Origin: Octopus vulgaris
Lineage: Eukaryota
Assembly (NCBI GenBank): GCA_951406725.2
Contig: OX597814.1
Span: 175,894,001-175,958,000, forward strand
Length of the DNA: 64,000 nucleotides
Direction: 5' to 3'
This document shows positions 28,415-42,378 of this stretch, one piece after another; within the stretch, counting starts at the first letter, position 1; every line of letters begins with the position of its first letter. Both the position numbers and the translations under genes were made by a program. The notes under the pieces are model-generated. The model searched no databases. It saw nothing but the letters and a program-made list of their open reading frames with translations, and had not been told where the DNA came from.

Positions 28415-28728
28415 CAATCATGGCCAAAAGTTTGGAACATAGGTATGGAAATTATAATTTCATATTAAATGCCTAAAGTTAAATCTAATTTGCAATTCAT
28501 TTTTACTTGGCCAAAAGTTTGTAACATAGGTCTGAAAATAAGAATTTTCATATAAAGTGACGAATATTTGATTTGCAATATATTATTACTTGGCCAAAAT
28601 TTTGGACTAGAGGTCTGAAAATTAGAATTTTTATACGAAATGCCCAAAGTTATATTTGAATCGGATTGAACTTGGGCATAACAATTTTAATTTTTTAAAT
28701 AACTGTTCCAAACTTTTGGCCACAACTG
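28415..28728. mobile_element. Tc1-type MITE with internally triplicated TIR unit
   Basis: TA|CAATCATGGCCAAAAGTTTGGAACA ... TGTTCCAAACTTTTGGCCACAACTG|TA. TGGCCAAAA recurs at 28421, 28508 and 28591. Confidence 0.85.
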
Positions 28729-28897
28729 TAGTTTATCCGTATCAATTAAACCTACAAAATACATATTCGAATATACACATACATACTTACATACACATAC
28801 ACTTATGAAAACATATAAACATTTATATACAGAGAATGTATGTGCGTGTGTATGAGGGTATTGGGTGAGCGCCCTTGCATATTTTGATTCACTAATA

Positions 28898-29417
28898 CAG
28901 GGTGTCCCCAAAAGATGTACTCGCTCTTTGACAAACAATGTACGGGCTTACCTCGATGCAATAAATCCAAACAAATGGAGTGGGAGGAGAAGAAGCGTTG
29001 AATTTCCTGCACGTTCCCCAGACCTCACGCCAATGGATTTTTTTTTATGGGGTCATCTCAAAGATATGGTTTACGCTGCAAAACCAGTGACAATTGACGA
29101 TTTGAAAAATGAAATTCGAATACAATGCCTTGCATTTCCAAATTAAATGTTTGGCAATGCTGTCGAATCCATTGTTGGATGTTATCAGCTTTGTTTGGAA
29201 AATGAAGGCAGTTTGAACATTTGCGAACACGCAGGAATGAGAGAGAACTTTAAATAATTCTTAAATGACAATAAATAATCGTTTCTACAATAACTTATTT
29301 TCCTGAATTTAATTTAACTTTTTAGGATTGTATGTATATCAATAAACATCTATTTGAACACAAAATGCATAAGTACTGGGTAGTCAAAGAGTGAGTACAT
29401 CTTTTGGGGACACCCTG
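28898..29417 (+). mobile_element. Internally deleted Tc1/mariner element (maT/rosa-like transposase C-terminus)
   Basis: 35-bp TIRs at 28898-28932 and 29383-29417 (1 mismatch). Encodes VRAYLDAINPNKWSGRR.SVEFPARSPDLTPMDFFLWGHLKDMVY. Confidence 0.92.
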
Positions 29418-29582
29418 TGTATTTTGTTTATATATTTCCGTATCTTGCAAACTTAAATATGATTTCATATGCTGATTTACGTGTTGGTCGAGCATGGCTG
29501 GATTAGCCAATGGAGAGCACGTTTACTTCCATCATATTTTATTTGTCATTTGTGATTAATATTGACTTGTTTTTATCATAAA

Positions 29583-29973
29583 CTAGCAGTATCGCCCGGC
29601 GTTGCTCGGGTTTGTTTCGACCCTTTAGAATTGGAATTTTTGAAAAGTAAAACTGTTGCGTTATGTAGCTTGTTATTCTCTTTAAGTGAACATTTTTCTT
29701 GTTGAAATACATCAAAAAAATGGCGACACAGCAGTTAACAAGTCGTAAAAAATAGCGATTTTCATAGAAAAAAGCACCTTTTTAATATAAATAATCTTTG
29801 GTGTTAACATGATCCGATTTGAATTTTTCTTCTACGGAAGGAAGAGCAAGCCTTCTTCTATCATACTCTCAATTTTGGGCAACTTGTGCCGCAGGGTCTC
29901 GGAGGAAATAGTGTTAGGTGAAGGCTACCAAACCTGCCATACACAGACAACTTCAGCATTATATGTAGAGAGA
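29583..29973 (-). mobile_element. Non-autonomous Helitron
   Basis: TC start, CCCGAGCAACGCCGGG hairpin and CTAG|T end on the minus strand. Confidence 0.87.
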
Positions 29974-30613
29974 TGTCGTCTGACGACGCCTAATATTGCA
30001 CTGCACAGAAACTTCAAGTAGTAACAAACGGCTCAGCCTAATGCATTAAATACATTTTCGTATATACGTTGACCAGTATTTTACCGTTCATTACCACTAT
30101 GTATGTTTATGTGAATAAACCTATGTATAAATGCGTATATGTGAATAAACGTACATATAAATGTGTATATATGTGTGTGAATACGTAATATATGATATAT
30201 AATATATAACATAATATAATATAATACGCACACACACACAAGCACCTAGAAACTAAACAAAGAAATGTGTCGACTTTACCTATTTCTCTCTAAGCTGAAA
30301 AAAATATGACGAACAGACTTAATAGATTTTCAACACGTATTAGGACTTGTTCAGAGGTGTCTACATCACTTAACCAAACGCAGAGAAACGAGTGGCCAAT
30401 CCGTTTATATAAACATCAAATCCTGTAGCTTCAGAGAACTGGAACAACTAATCACTTATGTAATAAACACTTTATTTATTATCAGAGGCTTGTCAACAGG
30501 GAAACCCAGTCCTCACATTATCAAGGTTTGATAAATTATAAGTGAACCTACTTTGTAGATATACAAACATGTCAATTTTAATTATTTCTCTGTACTCTGA
30601 AAAAATTATGAAC

Positions 30614-30660
30614 AACCTTAATCAATTTTCGACCCTTATTGGTGTCTCATCAGAAGGGTT
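30614..30660 (-). ncRNA. Minimal hammerhead-ribozyme-like motif (Penelope-type)
   Basis: Minus strand reads CCUU-CUGAUGA-GACACC-AAUAA-GGGUC-GAAA-AUUGAUU-AAGG. Core boxes, stem II and a 4-bp stem I are present; stem III is poor. Confidence 0.45.
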
Positions 30661-31947
30661 TACATCATTTGATCATACATATAAACATTTACTTAGTGTT
30701 ATTCTTATTTATTTTTTTATGTGAAAATTTGAAGCAATGTAACAAAATTTGAAATATGATAGACCAAAGATGGGAAAAATAATGCTAGTAATAAAAAATA
30801 TATAGTTTCATAGTTATTATTTCTGACTTCTCTCCTCTTTGTCAAAGACTGAAAAAGATTGTTTGTTAAAGAGTGTATGAGAAAGATTGAGTAGAACATC
30901 AAATTTTGTGAAACGTAACTTTATCAAAGATATATTTGGAACAGAAATAAGGAAATAAGAAAACGAGATAATAAAACTATATTTTCTTTTCTTTATAAAT
31001 ATTATTGTAAATCCCAGACTAACCTTGATCTATGATAAAAGATGTTTTGGATATGACCAATCTTTCTTTTATTTACCGAGATATTATGTCTAACGTGTCC
31101 TTTCTTTAAGGCAGTCGGTTGTAATTAGAGATTTCCTTTTTGATTTGATATATTTGGGATTCTGATTTTTGTGCTTGTATTTCGTAAAATTCATTTGGTT
31201 TCTAACATCAAACATTAACAATCATCATTCTAATGTTCAAACAAGCATTTTTCCCTTCTTGTATTAACATAACAGTCTAGTGAAACTTCTCTGTGCTTGC
31301 CATAGTTTTCGAGAAAAGTTATTAATATGTGAAGGCAGAAGGTGTTTATTTTCACACTCATCTCTCATATAAATTTACGAAAGTTATTAATCAGTCTTCA
31401 ACAAGTTTCTACTTCTAATTTGGAAGAATTTTGTTTTTTGTTTTCAATAAATTTTCAGCTCACCTCTGTTAATTTTCTGTCAAAACGGGTCACTTGTAAC
31501 TTAACTTTATTATTCTCAGATGGTGGTAAATAAGCAACTTTATGTCAACGTGAAGAGTTGTAATAATATATTTATATACTGTCTCATTTTATATCCTTCG
31601 TAGCCTGTCCTTCCGTATAAATGGCTTGTGCCAAAATATCTGCGTCCTATAAACTAGCCTCTCTTCAAGGCCATAAAGTACAGTTCTAATTATTTGCTGA
31701 CTCTCTACAAATTTTGTATAGAATCCTCATACGACAACAGTTCATATATCTCGTATAATGTTTTTTCTACACGCTCAAACATCACAGACCTCATCTAGTA
31801 GAACATCTGACTTACTGACAAAAACCTTCATACCAACACACTTCAATTTCTTGCTCAGAGAGGGTAGACGGTTTATCTTTTTCTTCCCTTCCTTTCCCTC
31901 CTTCTCTCTCTATCTATCTCCTCCTCCTTCTTCTCCCCTCTCTCATT

Positions 31948-32019
<72 letters not shown>

Positions 32020-32708
32020 TTATCTATCTATCTATATATCTATCTATCTATCAGCATCTTTTGTTGTTACTACAACGGCACCTACCACTGGAACTCTCTC
32101 CCATCCGCATTTTACTGAACCTAGATTACATTAATTTCATCAGTTTTAAGAGATTACGAATGCATTTGGACATGCTCTTCCTTCTCTTGACGAAGCCACG
32201 ATAAAATGGAAAACATGAAAACTGTTTGTATGTAGTTTGAAGGCCATGGCTAATTAAAACACTTTGAAGACCATAGCAGCTGTGAATCAGCCACGTGGAG
32301 TTTGGGTGAATACGGTCTAGGATGTTTATCTCAAATGTTGCCATTCAGGTTTTACCGGTGAAGATGTGAGATCATCAGGAGGAAAACAATGAGGACAAAA
32401 CCGTTCTTTGGGACACATCAAAGTATGTTTCAGAGCGAGAGAGAGAGAGAGAGGAGGGGTAGGACAGGAGAGAGTCTAAGTTGCATTGGTATAAGATAAG
32501 AGAAACGAAATGTGGAAGGCAATCACAGATAGGCATTTTGGTCATCAGATTCACATGCCAGAAAGTATCAAATATTGTTAAAAGAAACCTACCCGTCATA
32601 TTAGATTTCCCAGAGACACAATTTGTGTAGCTAATCTTATATACAGTCAATGTCTTTGACAATTCCGATACATTAGAGAACTTTTAACTCTAGATGTCAT
32701 ATATTATA

Positions 32709-33122
32709 TATTTCTTTATTGCCCAAAAGGGGCTAAACATGGGACAAACAAGGACAGACAAAAGGATTAAATCGATTATATCGACCCCAGTGCGTAACTG
32801 GTACTTAATTTATCGACTCCGAAATGATGAAAGGCAAAGTCGACCTCGGCGGAGTTTGAACTCACAACAATATAACGGCAGACGAAATACCTATTTCTTT
32901 ATTACTCACAAGGGGCTAAACACAGGAGACAAACAAGGACAGACATAGGTATTAAGTCGATTACATCGACCTCAGTGCGTAACTGGTACTTAATTTATCG
33001 ACCCCGAAAGGATGAAAGGCAACGTCGACCTCGGCGGAATTTGAACTCACAACGTAACGCAGACGAAATATCGCTAAGCATTTCGCCCGGCGTGCTAACG
33101 TTTCTGCCAGCTCGCCGCCTTA
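32709..33122 (-). mobile_element. SINE A dimer with a single 17-bp TSD
   Basis: AGATGTCATATATTATA at 32692-32708 and 33123-33139. Internal junction at 32884-32897. Confidence 0.93.
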
Positions 33123-33911
33123 AGATGTCATATATTATAGCCAAGAGAGCGATATATTTTCTTATGAGACCGCGATAATTACGAGCCAACGCAGTGGCCT
33201 GTTAGAAATAGCGACCAATATTTTCTCAAATCACGTGCTATTCTACATATTGGGTGACGTAGTCCTAGATACACTGTGTTTGAAATAAAAACCAAATGCT
33301 CAAGACTCGAACGCCTTTGAATGTAGATCAAATTAGTCAGAGATTACCAGCGTTAAGCAACAACAACAATAAACAACAACAACAACAACTACAACAAAAA
33401 TAACAACAACAGCAACAACGTCAACAGCTGCATTCTGTCTAGCTCCTAACTATAATTAATCCGCAGAAATCAAGCGACTGTTCTCAGAATAATTACCAAT
33501 TTTACCTTTAACATAACTTCCACTCTCTCATTTGTTTTAAACAGCTGTAGAAAATATCCTACAGTTACGGAAAGAACAAGTGAACCATTATCCATTTCTA
33601 AGGTTTTCATACTTTCCTGTGCAGAATCAATATTTAATCTCCAATTATCCTATTTCGTATGGAATTCCAATTTATTCTGTTTGGCATTTGATAATTTTGA
33701 ATAATAAGTGAATTCCCTTTTCTTTTTGTAAAAAATATTATGAAGATATTTCTTAAAGCATACTCTTTTTGTTTTTAACCTTCGTCTGAAAGCCAGATAT
33801 TAGAAATATTATATACAACATCTTTAAAAACATATTCATTATTTAGATGTATAGGATATTGAAAATATTAGATACATTATCATAATTTAATATTCAATGC
33901 GTAAATATTCT

Positions 33912-33939
33912 TACATACATACATACATACAGATAGATT

Positions 33940-33994
<55 letters not shown>

Positions 33995-34130
33995 GATAGA
34001 TAGATAGATTGATAGATAGATACATACATACATACATACATACATACACAATACATACGTACGTACGTACATACATACATACATACACACGTACATACGT
34101 ACGTACGTACATACATAATACATACAAACC
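33912..34130. repeat. (TACA)n/(GATA)n microsatellite
   Basis: Directly visible. Confidence 0.95.
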
Positions 34131-35499
34131 ATAACATAACAGAACATATTGACGTTCCAAGGTTAAATGACCCCATTATCAGGATGTCACATCGAAGAAT
34201 TATCGTTGCAGTTTGTTTTGTATTTATGCATTCCAATTATTACTATCTTCCACTTTGGTGTAAAGATTGTGGCGATTAATAGATTGTCGCAAATGGATAA
34301 TTTTAACGCATTCTCTATATATTGATTCTGACTCTTTGGCCTTGGGTAGTATTGGAATATCATTATAAAAATTTGTCGCTAATTATTGTTTGTTCAGTGG
34401 GATATTATATATAATATTCCATAATATTATATAACGGTGGTAATTATTTGAACAGTTACCGTTACAAGAACAGCATTAAGGTATATTAAGTAAATGCATT
34501 GTGACACCATCTTGTTGAACATGCATTAATGACCTACGTGAAAATGTATCCATTCTTTCTGTAAATATTTCTGTATCAATAATATATCGATATAGCGTTC
34601 AATCGAAATAGGAAAGCTGTAAATTTTATTTAATCATATGAAGTCACACCAGCACATCACTTTTCCAAAGGTTAATAATGAATATGGAACAAGAGTGCTT
34701 TGTTAAGTATTTAAATATTATGGTTTGGTTAATTCTTTCTATTTGTGCGTTCTACGTTTCGATTTATGTGACCCTTAGTCATTTACTTGTCGTTTACCCT
34801 TTAGAGATATAGTATCAAAGCCCCCGAAAACTTGACTATACATGTATGTATGTATGTATGCATGCATACATATATTTTTTTCGAAACGTTATTATATTGG
34901 AAATGCTTGTCAACGGCGTGTATATAATGACTACCAAACCATCAAAATGATATAAACTTAAACTCTTTTAATAATACTGATATATAAAATATCCAAATTT
35001 CATATTTCAATTAATTTATACTTTATGCATTTACAATGTGTAATGCATAAATTGTTTATAACAACCCGGCCGCGGGTCACTTAGGTGAGCTTCAGCTAGC
35101 AGCACCTGAAGCTTCAGCTATTTGCTAAAACCATCGTTTTAAACAAAGATTCTCAAGTTATATTTTCCAACGAGAATCACAATTTGCGTAATCCAATTTA
35201 TATAAATTTAAAACTATTCCCAGTTTTAATACATTTGAAAAGTCTCTCGGGGTGCCGTAGATCACACACAGCTGCATACATACGGAAGTGATATATGCTT
35301 TTAGTAGAATTGCGCAATGGTCGTTGCCCTGTGTAGCTGTCTATATGATAACAATTTAAAATCCAGAAGAAACAAGTAATACTCTATGTCGGTAATAAAC
35401 CGCTTGTAAAGTTTGTAGATTTGAATTAGAGACGAGAATGTGTTTACTTTGAGTAACACCATTTTTCTTTTTTTCGTAATGTTAATTGTTTATTGCTTA

Positions 35500-35658
35500 T
35501 AGTGGCTGTGTGGTAAGTAGCTTCCTTATGAACCGCATGGTTCCGGGTTCAGTCCCACTGCGTGGCACCTTGGGCAAGTGTCTTCCACTATAGCCTGGGC
35601 CGACCAAAGCCTTGTGAGTGGATTTGGTAGACGGACACTGAAAGAAGCCCGTCGTATA

Positions 35659-35704
<46 letters not shown>

Positions 35705-35929
35705 CGCGTGTGTGTGTGTGTGTGTATGTTTGTGTGTCTGTATTTGTCCCCCAACATTGCTTGACAACCATTACTGGTGTGTTTACGTCCCCGTCACTTA
35801 GCGGTTCGGTAAAAGAGACCGATAGAATAAGTACTAGGCTTACAAAGAATAAGTCCTGGGGTCGATTTGCTCGACTAAAGGCGGTGCTCCAGCATGGCCG
35901 CAGTCAAATGACTGAAACAAGTAAAAGAG
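35500..35929 (+). mobile_element. Near full-length SINE B
   Basis: Homologous to 6027-6456, including the internal microsatellite. Confidence 0.93.
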
Positions 35930-36480
35930 TTAGATTAACCCCGTAACATTATTTTACATGCACAAGACTAAGTGTGACTACGAGCTTTCAAAAATGCATT
36001 CTCATCGACGAAGAGCTTTTCTTAAAACGTCTATATTCTCGTTTTCCCATGACGTACGACCTTATCAAAATTTGCCGACTTCATCAATCTGTCATTGCGA
36101 TGCTAAATTATATGTTACTACTGTAGCTAAATCGGAACTTTACTGCAGTGGATTCCAATTTAACTGGAGCCGGTTTTGACAATTTTGGATTTAGTTAACG
36201 GCTACTTGTGCTTCATCTAGCAATGTTTAATTGACTTCGGTTTTTCGACACGCACACAAGCACATACACAATCACACACACATACGCATTCATACAAACA
36301 CACACACGCACACACAAAATACACACACATACAAGCACACACATACTCACACGTGCACGCAAATATACACACACGCAAGCAGCCTCTTCTCTATAATCCA
36401 GCATGTCAATTCGGCAATTTTATGCCTAGTTACGCAATCCTTTAATATCTCCAACGACAACACCATCATCACCACTACCT

Positions 36481-36527
<47 letters not shown>

Positions 36528-36909
36528 GGCGAGATCAATGCTTAACGAAATCAATATACCAGAAACAAAGTCACCTGAAGTTAATTATTCAATAAAGTTT
36601 GTACTTGATTACATATGAATGTATATATATATATAAAGAGAGAGAGAGAGAGAGAGAGAGTGAGTGGGAGGGGGGGAGGGAGAGTTGTTATAGAATTCAT
36701 TAGAATCAAGGCACATCAATAAGTAGGTCGCCAGGACTGGTTGGGTACTTAATATTGAGCTTACAGTATAGTAAAACAACCATTAGTTATCATTTCTTGG
36801 TAGGATACTGCAAGTATGTATATATGCACAGCTGCATATATACATAATACATTATTCATATACATATATGCATATAGATATCTGTGTATGTATACATACA
36901 TACATATAC

Positions 36910-36974
<65 letters not shown>

Positions 36975-37098
36975 TTTAGATGTTAATCAATGAAATTCCA
37001 ACCCAGTCTGATTTTCACGTGGTATTATTTATATTCATGCGTTACTCAATCATCCGGTTTATGTAGTGACTGTCATGTTGCACAATTGACAACTGCCA

Positions 37099-37145
<47 letters not shown>

Positions 37146-37156
37146 TATCACATAGA

Positions 37157-38349
37157 CAGTAGCTGCCATAATATAAGGGTCAGTAAGAACAAATGTATTG
37201 AAATATTTATTATTGAAGATAAACAAAACATTGAGACTAGATATCATACAGATATTTTAGATATATCTAATATATATTTTTCGTGAAAATTTCAAGTGAA
37301 TGGAATAAATATTTCGTAGGTCATAAGGAAATAAACAAATAATCTTCCAAACTGCAGCGGCCAAAGTTAAGGGTCACTTAGAAAAATGAACAAAAAAGAA
37401 ACCCTTACTATTAATATTTTGTGAACGTCCCTTTACTATCAACGACCTCCTGACATATGTTATCACAGGACTGCATTAATTTCTTGCAACATGATGGAAT
37501 AATATCGAGTTCATCTTGGTTCTTTGAACTTCTCCTACGCGTCCCTTATCCAATAATCTTCCAAGCATTTTCTATAGGGTTGAAATCTGGACTTTGAGGT
37601 GACCAGTCCATGAGATCAACCCCTTCATCATTCAAAAATTCTTTGACTCTCTTCGCAGTGTGACAGGGAGAGTTGTCCTGCACGAAGATCAGAGATGTGG
37701 AAGGGAATGCTGTATAAGAATTTGTTTTACACGATACGTTGACATCGGAAGTAGAGCTAAACTCCCGAGATATATCAGCAGCATTCTTAAACCTATCCTT
37801 CAGTGACATTCTGACCATAATACGATCCTGTCTTGGTGAAATTTTACGGTCTACCGGTTTGGGGTTTAGCATCTGTCGATCCTTATAATTTAAAACGAGC
37901 TACAATTCGTTGCATAACACTTCTAGACTTTCCTACAGTAGTTGTTATCATAGAATTTGACTTGCCCAATTGTGAAAGCACACAATACCTTTTCATCACA
38001 GAACACCAGTCGCCTCTCACAAGCCACCATGTTGACATTTGAATGTTCCAATATTGTAAGATCATAAGAAGTAACTGTTAGCCCAGAATCAGTCTTCTAA
38101 GCAACAAATACCTCGGTTAGTTTTCTAAGTGACTCTTAACTTTTGGCTGTTGCAGTTTGGAAGATTATTTGTTTATTTCCTCATAACTTATGAAATATTT
38201 ATTCCATTCACTTTAAAGTTTCGCGAAAAATAGATATTAGATGTATTTGAATATGTGTAAAATATCTAGTCTCAATGTTTTGTTAATCTTCAATAATAAA
38301 TATTTCAATACACTTGTTCTTACTAACCCTTATACTATGGCCGCTACTC
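37157..38349 (-). mobile_element. Tc1-like DD34E transposon with long IR/DR TIRs, internally deleted
   Basis: TIRs of about 230 bp (37157-37385 and 38121-38349), each with outer and inner direct repeats (CAG..GCGGCCA...TAAGGGTCA). ORF 37546-37872 has QDNSPCH...WSPQSPDFNPIENAW with 34 residues between D and E. HTH remnants at 37883-38040. Confidence 0.95.
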
Positions 38350-38359
38350 TATATCCTTT

Positions 38360-38730
38360 ATCTCATATTTGTTTCAGTCATTGACTTTGAAGGATTATAG
38401 TCGAACAAATCAACCCTAGTACTATATTTTCAAGTCTGGTGCTTATTCTATCGATATATTTTGTCAGATCGCTGGGTTACGTAGAGGTAAAGAAACCAAT
38501 ATCGTTTCCAAGTGGGGGCAGGAGGACAAACAGAGACGCAAAGACACACACACAAACGCAAACACACATATATATACGATTGGTTTCCACACATTTTCCG
38601 TGTACCAAATCCGCTCACAAGGTAATGGCTGCCCCAGGGCTATAGTAGAAGTCACTTGCCCAAAGTGCCACGCAGTAGGACTGAACTTGAATGCAGGTGG
38701 TTACAACGAGAACTTCTAAATCACGCAGCC
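38360..38730 (-). mobile_element. SINE B, degenerate
   Basis: CACTTGCCCAAAGTGCCACGCAGTAGGACTGAAC. Confidence 0.8.
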
Positions 38731-39314
38731 AGGGAGAGAGAGAGAGAAACAGATAGAGAGAGAGAGAGAAAGACAGAGGGAAAGAGAGAGAGGGAGTGAA
38801 AGAGTGAAATAAGATATATATACAGAGAGAGAGAGAGAGAGAAAGAGAGGCAGAGAGAAAAATGCTGCCTTTTCTGAATTGTAGATTAAAGCGGACATTT
38901 TGTAAACAGTATAAAATAGCAACCATATCATTGGTAAACAAATAACAACAGACATTTTTATCTCTCTGTGGGCAGAAGCAACCTCTCTTTCTGTCCACGG
39001 GGAGATAAAAAGACATCTGCTTATATTATCCAATGTATTCCATTACACATCACAGTAACTGGTTTAAGGCGTGTACTGTTTACTATGATATACCTTAGTC
39101 TACATTTCAATATATCAGTCATATTGTTGTTTAGTACATCAATAATTAAATCCATAACTATTTCGGATGTTTCATGTCCTTTGTTTTAGGATCTTTAAAA
39201 TTTTGACATTTTCAAATGATCCATAGAAAACCGAACTGAAAGAGGATTAAAAACGTAGCTTGTGCCTACTCTATGGAATGTCCTCCAATTTCCACCAATA
39301 TTTTAATACGGTTA

Positions 39315-40185
39315 AGGCTACGATCTTGCAGAATCGTTAGCACGGACAAAATGCTGCTAAACATTTTGCTGTGGGTTCAAATTCCACTGCGGTCGACTTT
39401 GCCTTTCATGCTTTTGGGGTCGCTAAAATAAGCGCCAGTTGAGGACTGGGGACGATTTAATCGACTTACTCCTTTTCTTGAAATTGTGGGCCATGTGCCA
39501 ATATTTGAAATCAATATTTTAATACAATTAAGGCAATGACCTGGTAAAATTGTTAGCACACCAGGCAACATTCTCATCGGTATTTCGTCTGTTTTCACAC
39601 GTTCTGAGTTCAAATTCCGCCGAGGTCGATTTTGCCCTTCATCTTTGTGGAGTCGATAAAATAGGTACCAGTTGAGCATGGGGTTGAGATAATCGACTTA
39701 GCCCCTCCTCGAAATTGTTCGCTTTGTGCGAAAATTTGAAATTATTATCATGAAGGGCACGAAGGCGGTGAACTGACAGAATCTAGAGCACGTTGTGCAA
39801 AAAGCCTAGCAGTATTTCGTCTATCTTTACATTCCGTGTTCAAATTCTCTCGAGATCGACTTAGTCTTTCATTACTTTCGAGATCTATAAAACAGGTACT
39901 CGTTGAGCATTGGGGGTCAATTTCATTGACGTTAACCTCTCCCTGAAACTGCTGGCCTGGAGTCAAAATCTGAAACCAATATTACAATGTGCTCGAAGGC
40001 GGCGAGCTAGCAGTATAATTAGCCCATCAGATAAAATTGGCGGTATTTTGTCTGTCTTTAGGTTCTGAGTTCAAATTCTGCTAACTACTACGCATCTTTT
40101 CGTGGCCGATATAATAAGTACCAGTTGAATACGGGGTCGTTGTAATCGACTTAACTGACTCCGTGCCATAATTTGAAACCAATAT
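39315..40185 (+). mobile_element. Array of four degenerate complete SINE A copies in the same orientation
   Basis: Heads at about 39316, 39530, 39763 and 39997, each followed by core and tail type II. Confidence 0.85.
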
Positions 40186-40214
40186 TTAAATATGGTCGTT
40201 ACTTAAGTGATGCT

Positions 40215-40373
40215 AGCAGCAACAGCAGCAATAGCAGCAGCAGTAGCAGCAGAAGCATCAGCTCAGTAGTAGCAGCAGCAGTTTGTAGTAGCAGTAGTAG
40301 TAGTCGGTACTATAGTTGTTCTATCAATAACAACAGCAGTAGAGCAGCAGCAGTAGCCACAGCAGCAACAGCA

Positions 40374-40416
<43 letters not shown>

Positions 40417-40524
40417 CAACAGCAGCGGCAGCAGTAGCAGTAGTAGTAGTTAGTGCTGTACTAGTAGTAGCAGCAGCAGTAGCAGCAGTAGAAGTAGTAG
40501 TAGTAGTAGTAGTTAGTGCTGTAC

Positions 40525-40576
<52 letters not shown>

Positions 40577-40606
40577 TAGTGCTGTTCTAGTAGTAGCAGC
40601 AGCACC

Positions 40607-40638
<32 letters not shown>

Positions 40639-40699
40639 CAGTAGTAGTAGTAGTAGAAGCAGCAGCAGTAGCAGTAGTGGTAGTAGTAGCAGCAGTAGC

Positions 40700-40747
<48 letters not shown>

Positions 40748-40765
40748 TGTAGTAGCAGCAGCAGC

Positions 40766-40809
<44 letters not shown>

Positions 40810-40810
40810 C
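40215..40810. repeat. (GTA/GCA)n microsatellite with a repeated GTTAGTGCTGT interruption
   Basis: Directly visible. Confidence 0.95.
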
Positions 40811-41011
40811 ACGGATCCGCTGGTGTTGGTAGTATTGGTAGAGCTGCAGAAGAGTGGTGTTAAAGTATTGCGTAACTATGCATATAATTGCCGAATTGAC
40901 AGCTTCGATTAAACAGAAAAGACAGCTGGTGCGGGCGAAATGGATGTTTACGCGTGTGTTAATGGTGTGTGTGTGTGTGTATGTGAAGAGACAGAAAGGA
41001 GAGGGAGAGAG

Positions 41012-41050
<39 letters not shown>

Positions 41051-41229
41051 GAGAAAGAGAGCGATTTTGGGTGTGTGAAAGAAGTAAAAACAAAAGTCCG
41101 CGTACATGCTACATGTATTTCATACGAATCTTAATGAAACGCAACGAAATGCTCGAACGTAAAAATTATAATTATAAATCTAAAATAGAAAAAATAAACA
41201 AGAAACAACAACAAAAACAAAAATTATAC

Positions 41230-41262
41230 ACATACATGCATGTATGTGTGTATGCATGTATA

Positions 41263-41323
<61 letters not shown>

Positions 41324-41325
41324 GA

Positions 41326-41410
<85 letters not shown>

Positions 41411-41963
41411 AGTTTATATATTCATATATGTATGTATGTATTTCTATGAACGCTGTCGAGTTAACAACTGCAGCACCCTCTTCAGGCAAGTTTCCCAAAC
41501 TGAAACCATACGAATAGTGAAACAACAGTTTTCTTCCTTGTTATGAATTATTGTGAAAACTGAGACTTAGTGGGGTAATGACACCTATACAGTATTTCAG
41601 ATAATTATTTATTGATTTTTTTTCTCACATAATTATAACATTGAGGATGTTTTAGACGTTACTATGGCGACGACTCTGAGGAGAATAGATTCGTTACATA
41701 TAGTAAACGAATGTAAAGAAAATACAATTAACACATAACTATAATTAGGTCTATCTGTCTATCTATCTATCTATCTATCTTCTATCTTTCTATTATCTTC
41801 TATCTATCTTCTATCTTCTATCTTCTTTCTTTCTTTCTTTCTTTCTTCCTTTATTTTTTACTATACATACATGCATATCATCTATGCCTTTTCTCCCTTT
41901 TCTCCATCTGTTATACATACACATACCCGTTAACAAATTTAATTAGTCTTCTCGTGTGCGCCG

Positions 41964-42049
<86 letters not shown>

Positions 42050-42050
42050 C

Positions 42051-42113
<63 letters not shown>

Positions 42114-42315
42114 TATATATACATATATATATATACATATATATATACATATATATATGTATGTACGTATGTATGAGTTTGTGTGTATATAAATGTATAT
42201 ATATATATATACACACACACACATATATATATTTACATATATATACGTATAATACAAATAATATATAAATATTTGTATATATACATACATATATGTACAT
42301 ACCTACATATATATG

Positions 42316-42378
<63 letters not shown>
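41230..42378. repeat. (TA)n-rich microsatellite blocks
   Basis: Blocks at 41230-41410 and 41965-42378. Confidence 0.9.

Noticed and set aside
28415-28728. Regularly spaced repeats resembling a CRISPR array
   Set aside because: The spacers are homologous to each other, the block is bounded by TIRs and TA, there are no cas genes, and the context is eukaryotic.
35088-35125. Hairpin containing TAGCAGCAC (miR-15/16-like 5' end)
   Set aside because: The stem is only 8 bp and the motif lies in the loop, which is not pre-miRNA geometry.
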